Source of the DNA: Octopus vulgaris
Taxonomy: Eukaryota
Assembly: GCA_951406725.2 (NCBI GenBank)
Contig: OX597814.1
Coordinates: 32,116,001 to 32,180,000, forward strand
Reading direction: 5' to 3'
Length of the DNA: 64,000 nucleotides
Shown: positions 51,608-64,000 of the stretch, piece after piece
Position numbering within the stretch: the stretch's first letter is position 1
How the letters are laid out: the number at the start of each line of letters is the position of its first letter
Notes under the pieces: generated by a model
Database searches by the model: none
What the model saw: the letters and a program-made list of their open reading frames with translations, nothing else
Told to the model about the DNA's origin: nothing
Position numbers and translations under genes: made by a program

Positions 51608-53243
51608 TAGAGAGAGAGAGAGAGAGAGAGTTCCTTTTTGGTAACTCGAAACGGATAAAACTATAAATAACGGGTAAATATTAGGTAAGCGAACTCTATA
51701 GAGAGGAAAAGTCAATGCATTAACTTATATCTGTCCCTGTTTATACCAACAAAGAAAATGTAGTCATTGCTTAAATCAATAACAAAATTTAGGTCATTAT
51801 TTTAATTGAAATTGAATGCACTCTATGAATTCTTTACTATTCACAGAGACCCGTTAAAAAAAGGTACCGATCTAATTGATACGCCCATAGGCTTATATTA
51901 TAGGATTGGGTAATGTGAGCTTATGGAATTATATGTTTCAGGTTCTATCCGAAGGACATTCAACCACACAGACGTCAGTGTACATAGAGATGGCGGCCTC
52001 AAAATTTTTCACTATGTGACCAGTCAACCTTTAGACATGCTCAGAGAATTTTTCAATAATGTTCTGAACGAATTCACTTTTAGTATTACAATAACAATCA
52101 AACTCAATGTGTTCAATAGATACATGCTTTCCACTTTTTAATAATTTTTACAGCTACATCTCTGTACAGTATACCACTCAATACCATCTACCAATAGCAA
52201 AAATGAGACGGAAGTGTACTATTATCAGTTTGTAACAACAACTTTATCCTATAGTTAACTTCCTCTCTCTCAACCTTTTTTTAAAAAAAACTTATGCAGA
52301 ATGTTATAAATTCTAAATGTTAGCTGCAGCAATATTATCAGTAACAGGAAGTATATTTTTAGTATCTACAAAAGAAATAAGAATAATTATTGTAACAGTA
52401 TTCCATCAATAATCATCCCAGTGCTATTGCCCCATAAGTAGCATTATTAATTACTGAAGGGCAAGGGCCATTACACTTGCAGATTCTGTGAGGCCAGTTA
52501 TGTTGATATTGGTAAAATTTCGTTTATGCATTTGCGGGTAAATATTCAAGCGGTCAACATCCTACAGGGAAATGACGGGGAATAATGGCTGCTGCAATGC
52601 CAGGGTATATTCGATGCAACAACAGCGATGAGAAGTAAAGAGGTGAGTGTATAGTGAGAGCCTACGTGGTGGAAGTATGCGATCATCTAGCTTGGAGAAT
52701 CATGAGCTACTAGTGTGGACATACAGAAGGCAGAGAGAGGTGACAGCATGACAATGGTAAGTGGCTAACGTGTATCATTCAGTGACTGAATGCCAAGTAG
52801 TCGAGCGGCTTTCTACCAAATACGGTGTAGAATGCCAAGTAGTCGAGCGGCTTTCTACCGAATACGGTGTAGAATGCCTGTGTTTGCTGTAACAACGCCA
52901 TGTCATATTTTGGTGCCATACTCCAATTTGGATCTAAATTGAAACATTTAGTTTACCAGGAACTGTGAAGAGTGCAAAGAACCTACGTTGCTGAAACACC
53001 TCGTGGCTTTAAACAGGAGTTATCTTTGGGGAAGCAGTTCCATTTCAGCTAAAAATGTGGTTTCACCTGCAGACAGAAACTATGAGTAATACTGAAACCA
53101 AGCTTTTGGAGTGACTGTTAGGGTTCTTCCTGAGTGGTGTGCTGCGCTGATGTTTTCTTGATATTAGTAATTCTTGATCGTTTCCTGTTAAAAAAGGAGT
53201 CCAAGACGACACTGAGGAATCTTCTGAATTGTATTTATAAGCA
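51346..53243 (+). repeat. Local duplication, probable donor copy
   Basis: Continuous with its flanks and retains the 97 bp missing from the other copy. Confidence 0.9.
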
Positions 53244-53866
53244 CACATTCATATTTGGTGTGTGGTATATAGGTGGCGTATAGAGGGTGCACGGTCAACA
53301 AAGATTAGGAAGGTTTGATCGTTATTTGATTCTGCGAAAAGTAGGTACTTGATGTCTAGAATAAAGAGAGTGTGGGCAAAAACTAAACCCTGATAAACAC
53401 CAGAATTGACTGATATTGATGAAGAAGGGATTCAATCAACACACACCGAAATTAGCATTGTTTGACAGACAACACCCCAGCAAAGTGACTTGGTATATTG
53501 TAGAAGAAAGAAAAGTTGGCAGAGAAGAACCAATGAACTAAGTTTGGCTTAACTAAAAGCACCATCAGGAGCAGATATACACAAATCGTATGCTTTCTCA
53601 CGCTCACCAACTGGAAAGACCCTATCACCTTCTCGCAACAAGTTTAGCATCTAAAAGTAGTTGGCATGTTGAATGTTGGAATGGTAGATTTCAACATATT
53701 CTGAGATTCCTTCAATCTGATATATGTGATCAATGATTCAAAAACTTTTATTCTGGTATCTTCTGCTAACTAGTTGAATCGAAGGGATGAACCGGTCGGT
53801 AAATATATACTGACCAAGAATTACTTCACTGACATGAGCAATATCCGTTAAAAAAATGTGGGTTAT

Positions 53867-54271
53867 ACTCTTTACTCTTTTACTCTTTTACTTGTTTCAG
53901 TCATTTGACTGCGGCCATGCTGGAGCACCGCCTTTAGTCGAGCAACTCGACCCCGGGACTTATTCTTTTTGTAAGCCCAGTACTTATTCTATCGTCCTCT
54001 TTTTGCCGAACCGCTAGGTGACGGGGACGTAAACACACCAGCATCGGTTGTCATGCAATGCTAGGGGAACAAACACAGACACACAAACACACACACACAT
54101 ATATATACAACAGGCTTCTTTCAGTTTCCGTCCACCAAATCCACTCACAAGGCATTGGTCGGCCCGGAGCTATAGCAGAAGACACTTGCCCAAGATGCCA
54201 CGCAGTGGGACTGAACCCGGAACCATGTGATTGGTTAGCAAGCTACTTAACACACAGCCACTCCTGCGCCT
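53867..54271 (-). mobile_element. SINE family A, full length
   Basis: Same consensus. Confidence 0.95.
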
Positions 54272-55942
54272 ATTTATCCACTTTTGCATTATTTTCGGTA
54301 TAACCTTCTGTGCATGTGGGAATATGCGTGTGTGTAGTTGTAGTAGTAGTAGTGGTTATGTGTGTACATGTATATGATTTTATTCCAAGCTTCAGTTTTT
54401 GCTCATTTATTTCCTTTTTATGTATCATATCCTTTCCTTTTTAGTAATCTATCGTTATGAATATTACTTCAATCTTGCAATTGTCATATTTACCGTGAAC
54501 ATTTTGCTTGAACGAGTCAAAAGCCTATTTATAGTATTTGCCTTTATGACACTAATTTGAAAAGCAAAAAATGCAGTACATGATCCAATATGAAGTTAAA
54601 TAATAATTGTCAAATTTCCTTTATAGCTTTAAAAGGAATTTACTGAGCCAAATTAATTTACATGATTTTGAAATTGTCATAATTATTCCTCATTCAACTT
54701 TAAATTTTAGAAATTTCATGTTATGATTTTGTTTCTACTATTTTTAGATTTTTCACCATTTTAGATTCAGTATGATTAGGATACAAAATTGGGGTAAAAT
54801 AAAATATTGTTGAACAAATTAATAAATTTTATTGAAAATATTCTAAATTAAAGCATTAACATTAATAATATTCTACTTGCATATTTTGGACTCAATATAT
54901 TATCTCACATAATTCTCTCTTTCACGGAATCTCATTGATTAAAAATGCATGGAATAATCGTTTGCTTTTTTGCGTTTTGTTTTTCATTTCTTCTCTTTTG
55001 GTAATTTCAAAAATAATTATTTAAAAATAGAAGCAATAAAATGAAAAACGCAAAACATTTGGCATTAAGCTGAATGTGTTGTTTGCCACTTTGGATTCTA
55101 ATAATATTTTTATTAGGAAATTGGCCACCGTTATGATAATTTGCAGATTAATGCTGATAATTAGAATGGTAAGAGGCTTCAGTTTGAACCACAAGTCTAA
55201 AATTATAAATAACAAAATTTAATTTTGTCCAAACTATCAGTGTCGAATTTGTTTTGTCAAGTTTTTAAAGAAGGGGTGGAGAAACATCTCGACGGCATCA
55301 ATATGAAAGAAATATGAGAAAATTGTTAATAAAAATTAACAATAGGCATGAAATAAAAATTTGATATTGAAAAAACAAATAAAATCTAAGAAATAATTAT
55401 AGAGAAATTTAAAATTGAGAGGAAAACATATTTGAATAATTTTAGAAGGAATAGAAAAATAAAATATTTTTATGGAAATTTAAGATATTATCTAAGAAAT
55501 TTTTCGTCTTACTTTAAAACTGATAGATATCTCATTTAAATTTGATGGTGACAAGTTCTAACGGAATTTTTTTAAATATTTTTATACATGTATATACAGA
55601 ATCAGTTAAATATCTTAAGTGCTCGTGTGTACTTGGGTAGTTGAGTATATTAACACAAATGTGTGCATATCGACATATACACAAATACAATAACGCATAA
55701 TCACATATTTTAAATGGGCTATATTATATGTGGACATAATTCATACACACATGCACACGCATATATTTATAATATATGTATGACTGTATGTATATTATAA
55801 ATATGTATGTACACATATATATATATATATGTAAATATATATATATTTATAGAAATAAGGTATATATTATATGTATTAAATACCTACCAACCTACACACA
55901 CACATATATATATATAGGTGTATGTGTATATATATATATATA

Positions 55943-55986
<44 letters not shown>

Positions 55987-57044
55987 GGTATATATATATT
56001 CAACTGTGTGATGCATATGTGTCTACGTCCATGTGTAACTGCTGAATACATCTAACTTCCATTGATATTTTTTTTTTAATTATAAGATCTGTAGAGCATT
56101 ATAGAGAAGACTTAACATACTGTGATTAATACACATAAACGCGCATAAATGCCCATAAAAGGCTGAGAAACATCCTTGAAAGTTGTATTCTAGTCAATTT
56201 TCTAAGGTATAATGTAATATAAAAACAGATTGTTTTAGATTTTGTGCAATAGTTATAGTGTTACGTACCGATAAAGCAGAAGAATACTATGATTGATAAC
56301 ATACACACCTAATCACATGTACGCAAGAACTTTGTACGCATGTGTGTGCGAGCGTGTGCCTGACTGTGATTATGTATGTACCCGAGTATTCGTTTGATTT
56401 GTGTGTTTCCTAGCATTTACGTTATTTACAACATGATGATTTACTTAAGAAATGCTGTTCGTTTACTTTAGTTATGCAATGGAAATAATAAATTACTTGA
56501 AAATTATGATAACGGGTGGTGTATTTTGTTTTCAAGGAATTTCTGGTTCTATTATGGTAGTATAATTTTCATCACAAACTGTATTTTCAAAGTACTATAT
56601 AGGTTCGTATATATCAGTCTACTTTAGGAATTGTTATTGATGAAGCAAATTCAATATGGTTTTGGAAGACACTTTTACGAGAGGGAAACATCGATAGAAA
56701 CTAGCTTTTAGGATTGTATATAGGGAACTAAGACTATGAATATATTAATTTATTCTGTATTACAAGTCATCCATATTATTTAATGTTTAACATTCTTACT
56801 ATAAAAGAAATATGAATGTATATAGATGTGAGGCTCTGAGGAATATATAAGAGTATATATATTCTCGTGAGACCCTATTGAAGCTAGAATATTTCACATT
56901 GTCAATCACCTTCCGGAAAATTCCATATCAGGTAAACCTATATAAGCAAATACATGTGATTACTTAATTGATGTTTTTATGCTTTTTTAATAAATTATAA
57001 CTATATTATATGTGTGTGTGTGTATATATACTCATATAAAAAAG

Positions 57045-57362
57045 ACTCCGCCGGTTACGACGACGAGGGTCCCAGCTGATACGATCAACGGAACAGCTTG
57101 CTCGTGAAATTAACGTGCAAATGGCTGAGCATTCCACAGACACGTGTACCCTTAACGTAGTTCTCGGGGATAATCAGCGTGACACAGAGAGTGACAAGGC
57201 TGACCCTTTGAAATACAAGTACAACTCATTTTTGCCAGCTGAGTGGACTGGAGCAACGTGAAATAAAGTGTCTTGCTCAAGGACACAACGAGTCGCCGGG
57301 AATCGAACTCACAACCTTACGATCATGAGCCGAATGCCCTAACCACTAAGCCACGCGCCCTC
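57045..57362 (-). mobile_element. SINE family C, tRNA-derived head
   Basis: Minus strand: gagggcgcgtggcttagtggttagggc..gtgagttcgattccc..tgtgtccttgagcaagacacttt; body continues well past the tRNA-like head. Confidence 0.9.
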
Positions 57363-58567
57363 ATACACATATAATGTATAAGCATACACACACTCACACA
57401 CATGCATATACACACACTTTCTCTCTTACACACACACATACACAAAGTTTGACTCAGCTCCATATTACTTTCAGGAGTGCATAGAACATATATATAAGCA
57501 TATATATGTATTTGTATATATATTACATATCGTCAGATATTAGGGGAAATTTTCATGTTTGAGACAAGTTCAAAACGGCTTCTAGAGTTTCGGTCTTTAT
57601 TGGTCAGCTCAGAGCACGTGATTTTAATGCTGTGAAAATGACAGCTGCTGTTATTTTCTAGATTATGACGCCCACAGGCTCAAACAAGATGTTGGGAGAA
57701 TGCTGCAATTACTTTTACGACAGGTTGCACCATAGGGTATTCAGTAACATCAGTACGTTGTATTGGGCTCTGCACATGGTACAGTGAACCATTTGAGAGT
57801 CAGTGGCTCATTGTTCGTTCATTTAGTAGGAATTGCCTTTACAATGGAGTAACCAAATTTGTTGGTGTTTGGTAACAATTGACTAACTCATTTGGTAGGA
57901 CAACCTGGCTTAGGTGGTATCTCTGTGTTTTCATCTGAATTGTCTTTAACTTTTGAGAATGACAATAAGGTAGTACATACTCCTGTTGATAGCTACTGCA
58001 GGTTAGTGGAGCATCTGTAGTGTCTCGCAGGGACAGAATTGGCGGAATTGCAAGTTATAAGTGAGAAAAGGGCTGCTGTCATCGATATTCCATTTGATGT
58101 TGTATAAGTCGTTACGATGGCCGCGAAATTCTCCACATGAATCCAGATAGCTGCATATAGAGTCTCGTAAAACTATTGGTTCTCATACCTGTTTAGTATC
58201 ATGTGATACCATTGGCTGGTCTAAGGTTGGCTCTTTAGAGCGTAGCTTTGAGAGGCCGGATCCTCCCAGACAGCACGTTGTAGAATTTTGGCAGTTACTA
58301 GTTGGGGTGTGGATTGTAATCTGCGTAGATATATGTTTGCGTCTGTTGCCAAACGCGCATCTATTACTCAAGCGATCGTTCCAAAACAGTTTCGTTTCGT
58401 CTGCTCCTGAAGTGCATTGTGTTTTAACGCACTACATGTAGAAAATTACCTTTTGCAATCAAACACGGCAACCTCAGACTTTTCAATGCTATACATCATG
58501 CCGATAAAGATGCTTACTTTATTCATTACTTCTATACGAGAGGGAGCTGAAAGTGTATGCATGCCGC

Positions 58568-58599
<32 letters not shown>

Positions 58600-58703
58600 T
58601 ATATTCTCATATTCAATACGAATTGATTTGAACGCACTTGATTTCTTTTCTTCTTTCTCTATCATAACTTTATTTTTAAGAAGTAGTATATATATACATG
58701 CAT

Positions 58704-58745
<42 letters not shown>

Positions 58746-59199
58746 GCGTGTGTGTGTGTGTGTTTTACTACATTACTCCTTTGTACGGCTGTTATTAAGT
58801 TAGAATTTTAGGCTATTTTCGAAGTCAAATCATTTACTCACATGAATATCTCAATTATATTTTTGTACTTTTATCCCTGCAACTTTCGACAAATTATTTT
58901 TTTTCTTGTCGCCTGAACATACATCATTGAATTATTTCATATATTTCCAGAATCATATCTCTGAGCATTATTAATCAAACATTAGTGTCTACATCTTCCT
59001 AACGGCATATTGCATTCGCGTTTGTACCAAAACAAGCAGTGCAAAATATTGCTTATACGCATACATAAGCTGAAATATTTACAATTAGAACCATATATAT
59101 GCACCTTTTTTTGTATTTTTTGCATACACGGGAATATATATGTGTACATGTTTATATTCAAGCATAACTGCATACATACACACAAACACTAGAATCTAT

Positions 59200-59247
<48 letters not shown>

Positions 59248-59319
59248 CATATATAAGCATATATATGTATTTGTATATATATTACATATATATGCGTGTG
59301 TATGCGTGTCGATGTACAC

Positions 59320-59366
<47 letters not shown>

Positions 59367-59416
59367 ATATGTGTAAATATATATATATACATATATATAC
59401 ATATATATACACACAC

Positions 59417-59457
<41 letters not shown>

Positions 59458-60390
59458 CGTGGGTGACACTGTGAGGCATATACAAGTGTGAGTTGCGCGC
59501 GCCTATATATGTGTATGTATATACATAAATTTACATAAGCGTGTTTGTGTGTAAGCGGAAGAAAGCTAGAGAGGGAACGATGGAAAGAAAAGAGAGGAGG
59601 ATCTTTTCTAGAATACTAAACTGATAAGAGTGTTGTCGGCGATGACAAGTACAACATAACAAACCGCCACTACCACCACAACCATCAACAACAGCAACAA
59701 CAGCAATAACAACACTAACAACAACAAGTATATGGACCGGAACTGCCAAGCCTATCAACATTACTGTGCTATAGAGTAAAGAATGAAGTGGCATTGCCAT
59801 GGGTCATAATAGCTAATATGGTAACGAAAAGAAGCCAGTAGGATAGAGGTTAATAAGAAGCAAGAGAAAACGGGAGAAACAAGTGGAGAGAATAAGAGAA
59901 AAAAAACACGTAGGGTAGTTCAACTATGTTGTGTATTGTTTAGTAACAAACAAATTTTGGAAGCTTTGAGCAGATTTGAATCCATAGTAGTGTGCGCACT
60001 TATATATTCAGAACACTTACACTTACATAGCCGCACAATCGTAAGTAAAACTGTATGGGAACACACACACACAAACATACATGCACACATACACACTCGA
60101 ACACAGACACACACACACACGCACATGCAAACACACAAACACACACACAAACATACATGCACGCATACACACACACACACACGCACATGCAAACACACAA
60201 ACACACACATATAAATTTGGATATATTTGTATGTGCATATGTATGTATTTATGTATATATTCATGCATATACATATACAAATACTTAAATACATTTTTAT
60301 ACGTTTGTTCGCTTCTATATGACATACGTAAGTATATATTAAACATATATCAGTACTTAGATGCGAGCTATATATATATATATATACACT

Positions 60391-60536
<146 letters not shown>

Positions 60537-61504
60537 TGTGTATATGTATATATATATGCATATTTATATATAAATATATATACACATATATATATGTATA
60601 CATATTTATATATATATACACATATGTATATATATTTCTGGTACATATATCAATACACAGTGTAAGCATATGTACGTGTAAGCATGCGTACGTGTGAATG
60701 AATCTGCGAGTATCTGAGAGCTTTTGCATATCTACATTTTAGCTATGTAACTGCCTCCAGTATATATGACGTGTTACAGTTTACTGAGAAATATTTTACA
60801 TATGTAAGTATCTGTACTTATATGTATTTCTGTGTGCGTGTAATGTGAATGCATGTGTAAGTGTGTGCCTAGTAATTCATAGATAGATACAAAAGAAAGA
60901 TATATACAGGTATTTAGTAAAAAGAAACAACTACAAAATGGACAAACAACACGCACAATGCTACAGACTTTGTTATCTTGAAACAGAGCGGGACGCCAGT
61001 GCAGGATTAATGTTTTGCATAGAAACTCATACACACATATACCCACAAAGCCCCATACTTATATCTATACGTAATGTGTGTGTGTATGTGTGTGAGTGTG
61101 TGCCTGTGCCCATAGATCGATAATTAAATTTCTGTTGTCGAACGTCGTTTGCATTAAGATAATTGTACCGACATTGTGGTTTTAGTAACATGTTGTTGCT
61201 TTCACTGAAGCAGTCTCACATTATCTGACTTCATGAACTATATTTACATTTGCATGCAGCTGATTTTCCGAATAAGAGACCTACAAACAAATGTTTGGTA
61301 GTCTTAGAATGAACTTATAATTGAACCAATTATAGAAACAAATTCTATGATTAGTTTACATCTATGAATTTGTAACTACATTTGATTTCTCATTGAATAT
61401 ATATAAAGAACATCGCTTATATCATTACAATAACGCTTAAATGAAGAACTTTTTACCTCTCGAAAGACAAAAGCAGCGACCTGCTAAAATACATAACATA
61501 ATAT

Positions 61505-61720
61505 TCTTTTCTACTCTAGGCACAACCGCGAAATTTTGAGGGAAGGAGCCCAATCGATCAGATCGACTCCAGTACGTTACTGGTACTTATTTTATCAACC
61601 CCGAATGGATGAAAGGCAAAGTCGACCTCGGAAGAATTTGAACTCAGAACGTAAAGACAAACGAAGTACCGCTAAACATTTCACCCGGTGTGCTAACGTG
61701 TCTACCAGCTCGCTGCCGCA
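61505..61720 (-). mobile_element. SINE family B
   Basis: Similar to 63013-63240. Confidence 0.85.
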
Positions 61721-62114
61721 AGACATTATATGACTATACTGGATTTGGAACTAAACGGCAATAGCATAGGCAAATAGACGGACGTATCGATGGAGAGAAG
61801 CATTTATATTCTCTTCCGTTTTCAATTATTTTAATTGTTCTTCTGAGAAGGGAGCTGGTCTCTAATAGAGAAAGCAAAGCTCCGTCATTGAAATGTAGAT
61901 AGCAAAAAGGACATCACGTCTTAAATTTGAGAAAAGTCTTATATTCTTATATTCTCATGTTCTTCATGTTCACTTTACAGATTGGATTTGAAATGTGCGA
62001 GTTCGCTGGTTGATTTCCTTATCTGAAAACCTTAGCTTATCTAGATAGTCACTCAGGCATTTATTCCGAAAAACCCTGTGTGCATGTATATATATATATA
62101 TATATATACATTTT

Positions 62115-62145
<31 letters not shown>

Positions 62146-62157
62146 ATACCTACATAC

Positions 62158-62212
<55 letters not shown>

Positions 62213-62345
62213 CATGTAGATGTAGGTACGTACATATATGTTTGTATGTACGCATATATTTTTAATTATCACATTATTGTCTGACAGCGCCCCGCGTCAG
62301 GTTCGTTTCGATTTGTCGGTTCGTTCCACTTCTTGTCTCCATCCA

Positions 62346-62392
<47 letters not shown>

Positions 62393-63012
62393 TATATTAT
62401 ATATATGTGTGTATATGCATATGTATGTGTGTATATGCTTCTGTGACTATTTTTGATTTTTTGCTTTAAAAGCCAAAGCAATGCCGGCAGTTATGAATAT
62501 ATAACTGGTTGATGTTATCATCAGATATTTTCTTAAATCTGGCTAAGGTCCACTGTCACAAAAATAAAACAAAAACAAAACAAAACAAAAACATCTATGG
62601 TCAAAAGCTAATTGCTAGATAGATTTCCAGAAGTTGTCTTGACTCTGAAATAGTGAAGCCTCTGGTAATACTCTAAACTAGAATTATTTTCATGTCTTGG
62701 ATTTTAAAAATATATAATCAAAAAAACATTTATGAAAATGAGAGACAATACTTCATGGTACACGTGCACTCACACACACAAACACACACGCACACACGCA
62801 TATATGTATGTATGTTTGTGCGCGCGCGCGCGCGTGTTTGTGTCTATCAGTTTGTGTCTATCATTGAGTAGTTGAAGATGATCACGTGGTGAGTTAAGGG
62901 AAAGTATAGTCAGTTTTCTGTAACATACATGTATTAAGGTCATGTGGTAGTCACACGGGAAGGCTACACTGGGTACAGTTTCAAGGTTCGCAGAGAATAT
63001 GAATTGAAGATA

Positions 63013-63240
63013 CCTATTTCTTTATTACCCACAAGGGGCTAAACACAGAGGGGACAAACAAGGACAGACATAGGTATTAAGTCGATTACATCGACCCAAG
63101 TGCGTAACTGGCACTTAATTTATCGACCCCGAAAGGATGAAAGGCAAAGTCGACCTCGGCGGAATTTGAACTCACAACGTAACGCAGACGAAATACCGCT
63201 AGGCATTTCGCCCGGCGTGCTAACGTTTCTGCCAGCTCGC
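63013..63240 (-). mobile_element. SINE family B
   Basis: Minus strand: gagctggcagaaacgttagca..gagttcaaattcc (B box)..gtcgactttgcctttcatcctttcggggtcgataa. Confidence 0.9.
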
Positions 63241-63407
63241 ATTCACTTGAGAAAATAATATCCGTATATATGTATATAAATATATTTATTAGCAGACGAG
63301 CCGAAATATGCTCAGGTACTGCGATATACACCCATAAAACAATCCCTGGCAATATTTCAGCTGTTTTCAGGGATAGACAACATGATTCATAAATGCACAT
63401 ATATGTT

Positions 63408-63439
<32 letters not shown>

Positions 63440-63515
63440 AGTGTGTGTGTGTGTATAAAATGATAATTGATCAAGTAACCAGAAAATTGATTTGGTATTA
63501 ATCTTTATCTTGTAC

Positions 63516-63920
63516 AAGGAGTGGCTGTGTGGTAAGTAGCTTGCTTACCAACCACATGGTTCCGGGTTCAGTCCCACTGCGTGGCATCTTGGGCAAGTGT
63601 CTTCTGCTATAGCCTCGGGCCGACCAATGCCTTGTGAGTGGATTTGGTAGACGGAAACTGAAAGAAGCCTGTCGGATATATGTATATATATATGTATGTG
63701 TGTGTATGTTTGTGTGTCTGTGTTTGTCCCCTTAGCATTGCTTGACAACCGATGCTGGTGTGTTTATGTCCCCGTCACTTAGCGGTTCGGCAAAAAGAGA
63801 CCGATAGAATAAGTACTGGGCTTACAAAAAGAATAAGTCCCGGAGTAGAGCTGCTCGATTAAAGGCGGTGCTCCAGCATGGCCGCAGTCAAATGACTGAA
63901 ACATGTAAAAAAAAAAAAAA
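63516..63920 (+). mobile_element. SINE family A, full length
   Basis: Same consensus with poly(A) tail. Confidence 0.95.
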
Positions 63921-64000
63921 AGGTCGTTTCGATCCCTCCTGCTACTGTCCATTACGGGTGGGACTCCGTTCAACATGTGTTGTATCTATTTTTCAGTCTG

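Noticed and set aside
57290-57362. tRNA-like sequence on the minus strand
   Set aside because: It is the head of a SINE, continues into the SINE body and lacks a proper acceptor stem.

Overview
AT-rich, microsatellite-saturated eukaryotic DNA. The SINE families and the (TA)n/(CA)n load suggest an octopus (coleoid cephalopod) genome; this is an inference. I found no convincing host protein-coding exon, tRNA or rRNA, and almost all ORFs in the track are translations of simple repeats. The window is a transposon mosaic: about 25 copies or fragments of tRNA-derived SINEs from three families, R4/Dong LINE fragments, a decayed L1/Tx1-like ORF1, non-autonomous Helitrons, a mariner-type MITE and a 1.8-kb local duplication. 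The main signal is a Penelope-like element (PLE) and hammerhead-ribozyme (HHR) system. It includes six good and three degenerate type I HHR motifs from several families, mostly inserted in (TA)n. A 6.7-kb palindrome (23395-30126) has outward-facing HHRs at both ends and a PLE endonuclease C-terminus that reads through the 15-nt spacer on one strand only. A second PLE (RT thumb plus GIY-YIG) abuts it, and smaller fold-back and partial-tandem elements share the same architecture.
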